From: Azolla caroliniana
Lineage: Eukaryota; Plantae; Polypodiophyta
DNA length: 64,000 nt
Assembly: GCA_043228905.1 (NCBI GenBank)
Contig: JBHGNT010000006.1
Location: 186,001 to 250,000, forward strand
Reading direction: 5' to 3'
The notes beneath the pieces were generated by a model that was not told the DNA's origin, searched no databases, and saw only the letters and a list, made by a program, of their open reading frames with translations. Below, in pieces: positions 41,201-55,300 of the stretch (the first letter of the stretch is position 1; every line of letters starts with the position of its first letter). The translations under genes were made by a program, and so were the position numbers.

Positions 41201-44200
41201 TAATTTACCTACTAGCTCTTCTCAACTCAATCCTCAAATTTGGTAATTTCGTCATGTCTCTCGACCTGAGTATCAAAATCTTGATTTTTTAATTCCATAT
41301 CATAGCTAGCGTTGTTAGCTTCGATTCGCATGTTTGAACACAAAAATCCGATATCACACGAGCCAGGTATGAACATTTTAATTTAGCTACTAGCTCTTCT
41401 CAACTCAATCCTCAAATTTGGTAATTTCGTCATGTCTCTCGACCTGAGTTTCAAAATCTTGATTTTTTAATTCCATATCATAGCTAGCGTTGTTAGCTTC
41501 GATTCGCATGTTTGTACACAAAAATCCGATATCACACGAGCCAGGTATGAACATTTTAATTTACCTACTAGCTCTTCTCAACTCACTCCTCAAATTTGGT
41601 AATTTCGTCATGTCTCTCGACCTGAGTTTCAGAATCTTGATTTTTTTATTCCATATCATAGCTAGCGTTATTAGCTTCGATTCGCATGTTTGTACACAAA
41701 AATCCGATATTACACTCGCCAGATATGAACATTTTCATTTACTCAAGGGCTCCTCTCAACCCCCTCGTCAAGGTTGCTAATTTCGTCATGTCTCTCGACC
41801 TGAGTTTCAAAATCTTTATTTTTTAATTCCATATCATAGCTAGCGTTGTTAGCTTCGATTCGCATGTTTGAACACAAAAATCCGATATCACACGAGCCAG
41901 GTATGAACATTTTAATTTACCTACTAGCTCTTCTCAACTCAATCCTCAAATTTGGTAATTTCTTCATGTCTCTCGACCTGAGTTTCAAAATCTTGATTTT
42001 TTAATTCCATATCATAGCTAGCGTTGTTAGCTTCGATTCGCATGTTTGAATACAAAAATCCAATATCACACGAGCCAGGTATGAACATTTTAATTTACCT
42101 ACTATCTCTTCTCAACTCAATCCTCAAATTTGGTAATTTCGTCATGTCTCTCGACCTGAGTCTCAAAATCTTGATTTTTTAATTCCATATCATAGCTAGC
42201 GTTGTTAGCTTCGATTCGCATGTTTGAATACAAAAATCCGATGTCACACGACCCAGGTATGAACATTTTAATTTACCTACTAGCTCTTCTCAACTCAGTC
42301 CTCAAATTTGGTAATTTCGTCATGTCTCTCGACCTGAGTTTCAAATTCTTGATTTTTTAATTCTATATGATAGCTAGCGTTGTTAGCTTCGATTCGCATG
42401 TTTGTACACAAAAATCCGATGTCACACGAACCAGGTATGATCATTTTTATTTACCTACTAGCTCTTCTCAACTCACTCCTCAAATTTGGTAATTTCTTCA
42501 TGTCTCTCGACCTGAGTTTCAAAATCTTGATTTTTTAATTCCATATCATGGCTACCGTTGTTAGCTTCGATTCGCATGTTTCAACACAAAAATCCGATAT
42601 CACACGAGCCAGGTATGAACATTTTTATTTACTCAAGGGCTCCTCTCAACTCACTCCTCAAATTTTGTAATTACATCATGTCTCTAGATCTGAGTTTCAA
42701 AATCTTGATTTTTCAATTCCATATCATAGCTAGCGTTGTTAGCTTCGATTCGCATGTTTGAATATAGAAATCCAATGTCACACGAGCCAGGTATGAACAT
42801 TTTAATTTACCTACTATCTCTTCTCAACTCAATCCTCAAATTTGGTAATTTCGTCATGTCTCTCGACCTGAGTTTCAAAATCTTGATTTTTTAATTCCAT
42901 ATCATAGCTAGCGTTGTTAGCTTCGATTCGCATGTTTGTACACAAAAATCCGATATCACACGAGCCAGGTATGAACATTTTAATTTACCTACTAGCTCTT
43001 CTTAACTCACTCCTCAAATTTGGTAATTTCTTCATGTCTCGCGACCTGAGTTTCAAAATGTTGATTTTCTTATTCCATGTCATAGCTAGCGTTGTTAGCT
43101 TCGATTCGCATGTTTGAACACAAAAATCCGATATCACACGAGCCAGGTATGAACATTTTAATTTACTTAAGGGCTCCTCTCAACTCACTCCTCAAATTTG
43201 GTAATTACGTCATGTCTCTCAACCTGAGTTTCAAAATCTTGATTTTTAAATTCCATATCATAGCTAGCGTTGTTAGCTTCGATTCGCATGTTTGAACACA
43301 AAAATCCGATATCACACGAGCCAGGTATGAACATTTTAATTTACCTACTAGCTCTTCTCAACTCACTCCTCAAATTTGGTAATTTCTTCATGTCTCTCGA
43401 CCTGAGTTTCAAAATCTTGATTTTTTAATTCCATATCATAGCTAGCGTTGTTAGCTTCGATTCGCATGTTTGAACACAAAAATCCGATATCACACGAGCC
43501 AGGTATGAACATTTTTATTTACTCAAGGGCTCCTCTCAACTCACTCCTCAAATTTTGTAATTACGTCATGTCTCTCGACCTGAGTTTCAAAATCTTGATT
43601 TTTTAATTCCATATCATAGCTAGCGTTGTTAGCTTCGATTAGCATATTTGTACTCAAAAATCCGATATTACACGACCCAGGTATGAACATTTTAATTTAC
43701 CTACTAGCTCTTCTCAACTCACTCCTCAAATTTCGTAATTACGTCATGTCTCTCGAGCTGAGTTTCAAAATCCTGATTTTTTAATTCCATATCATAGCTA
43801 GCGTTGTTAGCTTCGATTCGCATGTTTGAACACAAAAATCCGATATCACATGAGCCAGGTATGAACATTTTTATTTACCTACTAGCTCTTCTCAACTCAC
43901 TCCTCAAATTTGGTAATTTCTTCATGTCTCTCGACCTGAGTTTCAGAATCTTGAATTTTAAATTCCATATCATAGCTAGCGTTGTTAGTTTCGATTCGCA
44001 TATTTGTACTCAAAAATCCGATATCACACGAGCCAGGTATGAACATTTTAATTTACCTACTAGCTCTTCTCAACTCAGTCCTCAAATTTGGTAATTTCGT
44101 CATGTCTCTCGACCTGAGTTTCAAAATCTTGATTTTTTAATTCTATATGATAGCTAGCGTTGTTAGCTTCGATTCGCATGTTTGAACACAAAAATCCGAT

Positions 44201-45208
44201 ATCACACGAGCCAGGTATGAACATTTTAATTTAGCTACTAGCTCTTCTCAACTCAATCCTCAAATTTGGTAATTTCGTCATGTCTCTCGACCTGAGTTTC
44301 AAAATCTTGATTTTTTAATTCCATATCATAGCTAGCGTTGTTAGCTTCGATTCGCATGTTTGTACACAAAAATCCGATATCACACGAGCCAGGTATGAAC
44401 ATTTTAATTTACCTACTAGCTCTTCTCAACTCACTCCTCAAATTTGGTAATTTCGTCATGTCTCTCGACCTGAGTTTCAGAATCTTGATTTTTTTATTCC
44501 ATATCATAGCTAGCGTTATTAGCTTCGATTCGCATGTTTGTACACAAAAATCCGATATTACACTCGCCAGATATGAACATTTTCATTTACTCAAGGGCTC
44601 CTCTCAACCCCCTCGTCAAGGTTGCTAATTTCGTCATGTCTCTCGACCTGAGTTTCAAAATCTTTATTTTTTAATTCCATATCATAGCTAGCGTTGTTAG
44701 CTTCGATTCGCATGTTTGAACACAAAAATCCGATATCACACGAGCCAGGTATGAACATTTTAATTTACCTACTAGCTCTTCTCAACTCAATCCTCAAATT
44801 TGGTAATTTCTTCATGTCTCTCGACCTGAGTTTCAAAATCTTGATTTTTTAATTCCATATCATAGCTAGCGTTGTTAGCTTCGATTCGCATGTTTGAATA
44901 CAAAAATCCAATATCACACGAGCCAGGTATGAACATTTTAATTTACCTACTATCTCTTCTCAACTCAATCCTCAAATTTGGTAATTTCGTCATGTCTCTC
45001 GACCTGAGTCTCAAAATCTTGATTTTTTAATTCCATATCATAGCTAGCGTTGTTAGCTTCGATTCGCATGTTTGAATACAAAAATCCGATGTCACACGAC
45101 CCAGGTATGAACATTTTAATTTACCTACTAGCTCTTCTCAACTCAGTCCTCAAATTTGGTAATTTCGTCATGTCTCTCGACCTGAGTTTCAAATTCTTGA
45201 TTTTTTAA
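37377..45208 (+). repeat. 17-monomer (3026-bp) HOR: two full copies plus a partial third copy lacking one monomer
   Basis: ORFs 37752/40778/43804, 38464/41490, 39532/42558, 39888/42914 and 40066/43092 are 3026 apart, whereas 41490 to 44338 is 2848 (16 monomers). The marker TTCAAATTCTTG occurs at ~39315, 42341 and 45189. Confidence 0.9.
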
Positions 45209-48200
45209 TTCTATATGATAGCAAGCGTTGTTAGCTTCGATTCGCATGTTTGAATACAAAAATCCGATGTCACACGACCCAGGTATGAACATTTTAATTT
45301 ACCTACTAGCTCTTCTCAACTCAGTCCTCAAATTTGGTAATTTCGTCATGTCTCTCGACCTGAGTTTCAAAATCTTGATTTTTTAATTCTATATGATAGC
45401 TAGCGTTGTTAGCTTCGATTCGCATGTTTGTACACAAAAATCCGATGTCACACGAACCAGGTATGATCATTTTTATTTACCTACTAGCTCTTCTCAACTC
45501 ACTCCTCAAATTTGGTAATTTCTTCATGTCTCTCGACCTGAGTTTCAAAATCTTGATTTTTTAATTCCATATCATAGCTACCGTTGTTAGCTTCGATTCG
45601 CATGTTTGAACACAAAAATCCGATATCACACGAGCCAGGTATGAACATTGTTATTTACTCAAGGGCTCCTCTCAACTCACTCCTCAAATTTTGTAATTAC
45701 GTCATGTCTCTCGATCTGAGTATCAAAATCTTGATTTTTCAATTCCATATCATAGCTAGCGTTGTTAGCTTCGATTTGCATGTTTGAATATAGAAATCCA
45801 ATGTCACACGAGCCAGGTATGAACATTTTAATTTACCTACTATCTCTTCTCAACTCAATCCTCAAATTTGGTAATTTCGTCATGTCTCTCGACCTGAGTT
45901 TCAAAATCTTGATTTTTTAATTCCATATCATAGCTAGCGTTGTTAGCTTCGATTCGCATGTTTGTACACAAAAATCCGATATCACACGAGCCAGGTATGA
46001 ACATTTTAATTTACCTACTAGCTCTTCTCAACTCACTCCTCAAATTTGGTAATTTCTTCATGTCTCTCGACCTGAGTTTCAAAATCTTGATTTTTTTATT
46101 CCATATCATAGCTAGCGTTATTAGCTTCGATTCGCATGTTTGTACACAAAAATCCGATATTACACTCGCCAGATATGAACATTTTCATTTACTCAAGGGC
46201 TCCTCTCAACCCCCTCGTCCAGGTTGCTAATTTCGTCATGTCTCTCGACCTGAGTTTCAAAATCTTTATTTTTTAATTCCATATCATAGCTAGCGTTGTT
46301 AGCTTCGATTCGCATGTTTGAACACAAAAATCCGATGTCACACGAACCAGGTATGATCATTTTTATTTACCTACTAGCTCTTCTCAACTCACTCCTCAAA
46401 TTTGGTAATTTCTTCATGTCTCTCGACCTGAGTTTCAAAATCTTGATTTTTTAATTTCATATCATAGCTACCGTTGTTAGCTTCGATTCGCATGTTTGAA
46501 CACAAAAATCCGATATCACACGAGCCAGGTATGAACATTTTAATTTACCTACTAGCTCTTCTCAACTCAATCCTCAAATTTGGTAATTTCGTCATGTCTC
46601 TCGACCTGAGTCTCAAAATCTTGAATTTTGAATTCCATATCATAGCTAGCGTTGTTAGCTTCGATTCGCATGTTTGAATACAAAAATCCGATGTCACACG
46701 ACCCAGGTATGAACATTTTAATTTACCTACTAGCTCTTCTCAACTCAGTCCTCAAATTTGGTAATTTCGTCATGTCTCTCGACCTGAGTTTCAAAATCTT
46801 GATTTTTTAATTCTATATGATAGCTAGCGTTGTTAGCTTCGATTCGCATGTTTGTACACAAAAATCCGATGTCACACGAACCAGGTATGATCATTTTTAT
46901 TTACCTACTAGCTCTTCTCAACTCACTCCTCAAATTTGGTAATTTCTTCATGTCTCTCGACCTGAGTTTCAAAATCTTGATTTTTTAATTCCATATCATA
47001 GCTACCGTTGTTAGCTTCGATTCGCATGTTTGAACACAAAAATCCGATATCACACGAGCCAGGTATGAACATTGTTATTTACTCAAGGGCTCCTCTCAAC
47101 TCACTCCTCAAATTTTGTAATTACGTCATGTCTCTAGATCTGAGTTTCAAAATCTTGATTTTTCAATTCCATATCATAGCTAGCGTTGTTAGCTTCGATT
47201 CGCATGTTTGAATATAGAAATCCAATGTCACACGAGCCAGGTATGAACATTTTAATTTACCTACTATCTCTTCTCAACTCAATCCTCAAATTTGGTAATT
47301 TCGTCATGTCTCTCGACCTGAGTTTCAAAATCTTGATTTTTTAATTCCATATCATAGCTAGCGTTGTTAGCTTCGATTCGCATGTTTGTACACAAAAATC
47401 CGATATCACACGAGCCAGGTATGAACATTTTAATTTACCTACTAGCTCTTCTCAACTCACTCCTCAAATTTGGTAATTTCTTCATGTCTCGCGACCTGAG
47501 TTTCAAAATGTTGATTTTCTTATTCCATGTCATAGCTAGCGTTGTTAGCTTCGATTCGCATGTTTGAACACAAAAATCCGATATCACACGAGCCAGGTAT
47601 GAACATTTTAATTTACTTAAGGGCTCCTCTCAACTCACTCCTCAAATTTGGTAATTACGTCATGTCTCTCGACCTGAGTTTCAAAATCTTGATTTTTAAA
47701 TTCCATATCATAGCTAGCGTTGTTAGCTTCGATTCGCATGTTTGAACACAAAAATCCGATATCACACGAGCCAGGTATGAACATTTTAATTTACCTACTA
47801 GCTCTTCTCAACTCAATCCTCAAATTTGGTAATTTCGTCATGTCTCTCGACCTGAGTTTCAAAATCTTGATTTTTTAATTCCATATCATAGCTAGCGTTG
47901 TTAGCTTCGATTCGCATGTTTGAACACAAAAATCCGATATCACACGAGCCAGGTATGAAGATTTTAATTTACCTACTAGCTCCTCTCAACTAACTCCTCA
48001 AATTTGGTAATTTCATCATGTCTCTCGACCTGAGTTTCAAAATCTTGATTTTTTAATTCCATATCATAGCTAGCGTTGTTAGCTTCGATTCGCATATTTG
48101 TACTCAAAAATCCGATATCACACGAGCCAGGTATGAACATTTTAATTTACCTACTAGCTCTTCTCAACTCACGCCTCAAATTTCGTAATTACGTCATGTC

Positions 48201-51200
48201 TCTCGACCTGAGTTTCAGAATCTTGATTTTTTAATTCCATATCATAGCTAGCGTTGTTAGCTTCGATTCGCATATTTGTACTCAAAAATCCGATATCACA
48301 CGAGCCAGGTATGAAGATTTTAATTTACCTACTAGCTCCTCTCAACTAACTCCTCAAATTTGGTAATTTCATCATGTCTCTCGACCTGAGTTTCAAAATC
48401 TTGATTTTTTAATTCCATATCATAGCTAGCGTTGTTAGCTTCGATTCGCATGTTTGAACACAAAAATCCGATATCACACGAACCAGGTATGAACATTTTA
48501 ATTTACCTACTAGCTCTTCTCAACTCAATCCTCAAATTTGGTAATTTCCTCATGTTTCTCGACCTGAGTTTCAAAATCTTGATTTTTTAATTCCATATCA
48601 TAGCTAGCGTTGTTAGCTTCGATTCGCATGTTTGAATATAGAAATCCAATGTCACACGAGCCAGGTATGAACATTGTAATTTACCTACTATCTCTTCTCA
48701 ACTCAATCCTCAAATTTGGTAATTTCGTCATGTCTCTCGACCTGAGTTTCAAAATCTTTATTTTTTAATTCCATATCATAGCTAGCGTTGTTAGCTTCGA
48801 TTCGCATGTTTGAACACAAAAATCCGATATCACACGAGCCAGGTATGAACATTTTTATTTACTCAAGGGCTCCTCTCAACTCACTCCTCAAATTTGGTAA
48901 TTTCTTCAGGTCTCTCGACCTCAGTTTCAAAATCTTGATTTTTAAATTCCATATCATAGCTAGCGTTGTTAGCTTCGATTCGCATGTTTGAACACAAAAA
49001 TCCGATATCACACGAGCCAGGTATGAACATTTTAATTTACCTACTAGCTCTTCTCAACTCAATCCTCAAATTTGGTAATTTCGTCATGTCTCTCGACCTG
49101 AGTTTCAAAATCTTGATTTTTTAATTCCATATCATAGCTAGCGTTGTTAGCTTCGATTCGCATGTTTGAACACAAAAATCCGATATCACACGAGCCAGGT
49201 ATGAAGATTTTAATTTACCTACTAGCTCCTCTGAACTAACTCCTCAAATTTGGTAATTTCGTCATGTCTCTCGACCTGAGTCTCAAAATCTTGATTTTTT
49301 AATTCCATATCATAGCTAGCGTTGTTAGCTTCGATTCGCATGTTTGTACACAAAAATCCGATATCACACGAGCCAGGTATGAACATTTTAATTTACCTAC
49401 TAGCTCTTCTCAACTCACTCCTCAAATTTGGTAATTTCTTCATGTCTCTCGACCTGAGTTTCAAAATCTTCATTTTTTAATTCCATATCATAGCTAGCGT
49501 TGTTAGCTTCGATTCGCATGTTTGAACACAAAAATCCGATATCACACGAGCCAGGTATGAACATTTTAATTTACCTACTAGCTCTTCTCAACTCACTCCT
49601 CAAATTTCGTAATTACGTCATGTCTCTCGAGCCGAGTTTCAGAATCTTGATTTTTTAATTCCATATCATAGCTAGCGTTCTTAGCTTCGATTCGCATGTT
49701 TGCACACAAAAATCCGATGTCACACGAGCCAGGTATGAACAATTTAATTCACCTACTAGCTCTTCTCAACTCAATCCTCAAATTTGGTAATTTCGTCATG
49801 TCTCTCGACCTGAGTTTCAAAATCTTGATTTTTTAATTCCATATCATAGCTAGCGTTGTTAGCTTCGATTCGCATGTTTGAACACAAAAATCCGGTATCA
49901 CACGAGCCAGGTATGAACATTTTTATTTACTCAAGGGCTCCTCTCAACTCGCTCCTCAAATTTTGTAATTACGTCATGTCTCTCGACCTGAGTTTCAAAA
50001 TCTTGATTTTTTAATTCCATATCATAGCTAGCGTTGTTAGCTTCGATTCGCATTTTGTACTCAAAAATCCGATATCACACGACCCAGGTATGAAGATTTT
50101 AATTTACCTACTAGCTCCTCTCAACTAACTCCTCAAATTTGGTAATTTCGTCATGTCTCTCGACCTGAGTTTCAGAATCTTGATTTTTTAATTCTATATC
50201 ATAGCTAGCGTTGTTAGCTTCGATTCGCATGTTTGAACACAAAAATCCGTTATCACACGAGCCAGGTATGAACATTTTAATTTACCTACTAGCTCTTCTC
50301 AACTCACGCCTCAAATTTCGTAATTACGTCATGTCTCTCGACCTGAGTTTCAGAATCTTGATTTTTTAATTCTATATCATAGCTAGCGGTGTTAGCTTCG
50401 ATTCACATGTTTGAATACAAAAATCCAACATCACACGACCCAGGTATGAACATTTTAATTTACCTACTAGCTCTTCTCAACTCAGTCCTCAAATTTGGTA
50501 ATTTCGTCATGTCTCTCGACCTGAGTTTCAAAATCTTGATTTTTTAATTCTATATGATAGCTAGCGTTGTTAGCTTCGATTCGCATGTTTGTACACAAAA
50601 ATCCGATGTCACACGAACCAGGTATGAACATTTTTATTTACCTACTAGCTCTTCTCAACTAACTCCTCAAATTTGGTAATTTCGTCATGTCTCTCGACCT
50701 GAGTTTCAGAATCTTGAATTTTTAATTCTATATCATAGCTAGCGGTGTTAGCTTCGATTCGCATATTTGAACACAAAAATCCGATATCACACGAGCCAGG
50801 TATGAACATTTTAATTTACCTACTAGCTCTTCTCAACTCAATCCTCAAATTTGGTAATTTCTTCATGTCTCTCGACCTGAGTTTCAAAATCTTGATTTTT
50901 TAATTCCATATCATAGCTAGCGTTGTTAGCTTCGATTCGCATGTTTGAATACAAAAATCCAATGTCACACGAGCCAGGTATGAACATTTTAATTTACCTA
51001 CTATCTCTTCTCAACTCAATCCTCAAATTTGGTAATTTCGTCATGTCTCTCGACCTGAGTCTCAAAATCTTGATTTTTTAATTCCATATCATAGCTAGCG
51101 TTGTTAGCTTCGATTCGCTTGTTTGAATACAAAAATCCGATGTCACACGAGCCAGGTATGAACAATTTAATTCACCTACTAGCTCTTCTCAACTCAGTCC

Positions 51201-52599
51201 TCAAATTTGGTAATTTCGTCATGTCTCTCGACCTGAGTTTCAAAATCTTGATTTTTTAATTCCATATCATAGCTAGCGTTGTTAGCTTCGATTCGCATGT
51301 TTGAATACAAAAATCCGATGTCACACGAGCCAGGTATGAACAATTTAATTCACCTACTAGCTCTTCTCAACTCAGTCCTCAAATTTGGTAATTTCGTCAT
51401 GTCTCTCGACCTGAGTTTCAAAATCTTGATTTTTTAATTCTATATGATAGCTAGCGTTGTTAGCTTCGATTCGCATGTTTGAACACAAAAATCCGATATC
51501 ACACGAGCCAGGTATGAACATTTTAATTTACCTACTAGCTCTTCTCAACTCAATCCTCAAATTTGGTAATTTCGTCATGTCTCTCGACCTGAGTTTCAAA
51601 ATCTTGATTTTTTAATTCCATATCATAGCTAGCGTAGTTAACTTCGATTCGCATGTTTGAACACAAGAATCCGGTATCACACGAGCCAGGTATGAACATT
51701 TTTATTTACTCCAGGGCTCCTCTCAACTCGCTCCTCAAATTTTGTAATTACGTCATGTCTCTCGACCTGAGTTTCAAAATCTTGATTTTTTAATTCCATA
51801 TCATAGCTAGCGTTGTTAGCTTCGATTCGCATATTTGTACTCAAAAATCCGATATCACACGAGCCAGGTATGAAGATTTTAATTTACCTACTAGCTCCTC
51901 TCAACTAACTCCTCAAATTTGGTAATTTCGTCATGTCTCTCGACCTGAGTTTCAGAATCTTGATTTTTTAATTCTATATCATAGCTAGCGGTGTTAGCTT
52001 CGATTCGCATATTTGTACTCAAAAATCCGATATCACACGACCCAGGTATGAACATTTTAATTTACCTACTAGCTCTTCTCAACTCAGTCCTCAAATTTGG
52101 TAATTTAGTCATGTCTCTCGACCTGAGTTTCAAAATCTTGATTTTTTAATTCTATATGATAGCTAGCGTTGTTAGCTTCGATTCGCATGTTTGTACACGA
52201 AAATCCGATGTCACACGAACCAGGTATGATCATTTTTATTTACCTACTAGCTCTTCTCAACTCACTCCTCAAATTTGGTAATTTCTTCATGTCTCTCGAC
52301 CTGAGTTTCAAAATCTTGATTTTTTAATTCCATATCATAGCTAGCGTTGTTAGCTTCGATTCGCATGTTTGAATACAAAAATCCAATGTCACACGAGCCA
52401 GGTATGAACATTTTAATTTACCTACTATCTCTTCTCAACTCAATCCTCAAATTTGGTAATTTCGTCATGTCTCTCGACCTGAGTTTCAAAATCTTGATTT
52501 TTTAATTCCATATCATAGCTATCGTTGTTAGCTTCGATTCGCATGTTTGAACAAAAAAATCCGATATCACACGAGCCAGGTATAAACATTTTAATTTAC

Positions 52600-55300
52600 C
52601 TACTAGCTCTTCTCAACTCACGCCTCAAATTTCGTAATTACGTCATGTCTCTCGACCTGAGTTTCAGAATCTTGATTTTTTAATTCCATATCATAGCTAG
52701 CGTTGTTAGCTTCGATTCGCATATTTGTACTCAAAAATCAGATATCACACGAGCCAGGTATGAACATTTTAATTTACCTACTAGCTCTTCTCAACTCACT
52801 CCTCAAATTTCGTAATTACGTCATGTCTCTCGACCTGAGTTTCAGAATCTTGATTTTTTAATTCCATATCATAGCTAGCGTTGTTAGCTTCGATTCGCAT
52901 GTTTGAACACAAAAATCCGATATCACACGAGCCAGGTATGAAGATTTTAATTTACCTACTAGCTCTTCTCAACTCACTCCTCAAATTTGGTAATTACGTC
53001 ATGTCTCTCGACCTGAGTTTCAAAATCTTTATTTTTTAATTCGATATCATAGCTAGCGTTGTTAGCTTCGATTCGCATGTTTGAATACAAAAATCCGATG
53101 TCACACGAGCCAGGTATGAACAATTTAATTCACCTACTAGCTCTTCTCAACTCAGTCCTCAAATTTGGTAATTTCGTCATGTCTCTCGAGCTGAGTTTCA
53201 AAATCTTGATTTTTTAATTCTATATCATAGCTAGCGTTGTTAGCTTCGATTCGCATGTTTGAACACAAAAATCCGATATCACACGAGCCAGGTATGATCA
53301 TTTTTATTTACCTACTAGCTCTTCTCAACTCACTCCTCAAATTTGGTAATTTCTTCATGTCTCTCGACCTGAGTTTCAAAATCTTGATTTTTTAATTCTA
53401 TATGATAGCTAGCGTTGTTAGCTTCGATTCGCATGTTTGAACACAAAAATCCGATATCACACGAGCCAGGTATGAACATTTTAATTTACCTACTAGCTCT
53501 TCTCAACTCAATCCTCAAATTTGGTAATTTCGTCATGTCTCTCGACCTGAGTTTCAAAATCTTGATTTTTTAATTCCATATCATAGCTAGCGTTGTTAGC
53601 TTCGATTCGCATGTTTGAACACAAAAATCCGGTATCACACGAGCCAGGTATAAAAATTTTATTTACTCAAGGGCTCCTCTCAACTCGCTCCTCAAATTTT
53701 GTAATTACGTCATGTCTCTCGACCTGAGTTTCAAAATCTTGATATTTTAATTCCATATCATAGCTAGCGTTGTTAGCTTCGATTCGCATATTTGTACTCA
53801 AAAATCCGATTTCACACGAGCCAGGTATGAAGATTTTAATTTACCTACTAGCTCCTCTCAACTAACTCCTCAAATTTGGTAATTTTTTCATGTCTCTCGA
53901 CCTGAGTTTCAGAATCTTGATTTTTTAATTCTATATCATAGCTAGCGGTGTTAGCTTCGATTCGCATATTTGTACTCAAAAATCCGATATCACACGAGCC
54001 AGGTATGAACATTTTAATTTACCTACTAGCTCTTCTCAACTCAGTCCTCAAATTTGGTAATTTCGTCATGTCTCTCGACCTGAGTTTCAAAATCTTGATT
54101 TTTTAATTCTATATGATAGCTAGCGTTGTTAGCTTCGATTCGCATGTTTGTACACAAAAATCCCATATCACACGAACCAGGTATGATCATTTTTATTTAC
54201 CTACTAGCTCTTCTCAACTCACTCCTCAAATTTTGTAATTTCGTCATGTCTCTCCACCTGAGTTTCAAAATCTTGATTTTTTAATTCCATATCATAGCTA
54301 GCGTTGTTAGCTTCGATTCGCATATTTGTACTCAAAAATCCGATATCACACGAGCAAGGTATGAACATTTTAATTTACCTACTAGCTCTTCTCAACTCAC
54401 TCCTCAAATTTCGTAATTACGTCATGTCTCTCGACCTGAGTTTCAAAATCTTGATTTTTTAATTCCATATCATAGCTAGCGTTGTTAGCTTCGATTCGCA
54501 TATTTGTACTCAAAAATCCGATATCACACGAGCCAGGTATGAACATTTTAATTTACCTACTAGCTCTTCTCAACTCACTCCTCAAATTTGGTAATTACGT
54601 CATGTCTCTCGACCTGAGTTTCAAAATCTTGATTTTTTAATTCCATATCATAGCTAGCGTTGTTAGCTTCGATTCGCATATTTGTACTCAAAAATCCGAT
54701 ATCACACGAGCCAGGTATGAACATTTTAATTTACCTACTAGCTCTTCTCAACTCACTCCTCAAATTTCGTAATTACGTCATGTCTCTCGACCTGAGTTTC
54801 AGAATCTTGACTTTTTAATTCCATATCATAGCTAGCGTTGTTAGCTTCGATTCGCATGTTTGAACACAAAAATCCGATATCACACGAGCCAGGTATGAAG
54901 ATTTTAATTTACCTACTAGCTCTTCTCAACTCACTCCTCAAATTTCGTAATTACGTCATGTCTCTCGACCTGAGTTTTAGAATCTTGATTTTTTAATTCC
55001 ATATCATAGCTAGCGTTGTTAGCTTCGATTCGCATGTTTGAATACAAAAATCCGATGTCACACGAGCCAGGTATGAACAATTTAATTCACCTACTAGCTC
55101 TTCTCAACTCAGTCCTCAAATTTGGTATTTTCGTCATGTCTCTCGAGCTGAGTTTCAAAATCTTGATTTTTTAATTCTATATCATAGCTAGCGTTGTTAG
55201 CTTCGATTCGCATGTTTGAACACAAAAATCCGATATCACACGAGCCAGGTATGATCATTTTTATTTACCTACTAGCTCTTCTCAACTCACTCCTCAAATT
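52600..55300 (+). repeat. Copy 1 of a dispersed ~2.7-kb (about 15-monomer) duplication
   Basis: About ten rare markers recur at +8542 bp (48x178-2): ATCAGATATC, TTCGATATC, TATAAAAATTTT, GATATTTTAA, GATTTCACAC, TCCCATATC, CTCCACC, GAGCAAGG, GACTTTTT, GGTATTTTCG. Confidence 0.92.

Larger units (their letters stand above)
24205..47800 (+). repeat. Middle variant domain of the satellite: variable-period HORs punctuated by a diverged monomer
   Basis: Variants ATAACTAGC, CACATGAG, AATTTCTTCA, AACAATTTAATTCACC, ATGATCAT, GATTAGCATAT and the TTACACTCGCCAGAT...CCCCCTCGTCAAGGTTGC monomer first appear after ~24.2 kb. The right-hand boundary is approximate. Confidence 0.8.

Noticed and set aside
17460-48991. 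Forty 67-aa and 96-aa ORFs (MLASIRMF...)
   Set aside because: They are translations of the satellite from a TTG at monomer position 20. They stay open only where the TAA in TTTTTTAA is mutated (to TTA, AAA, CAA or GAA). They overlap each other, show no recognisable domain, and have no unique flanking DNA. They are useful only as HOR markers.
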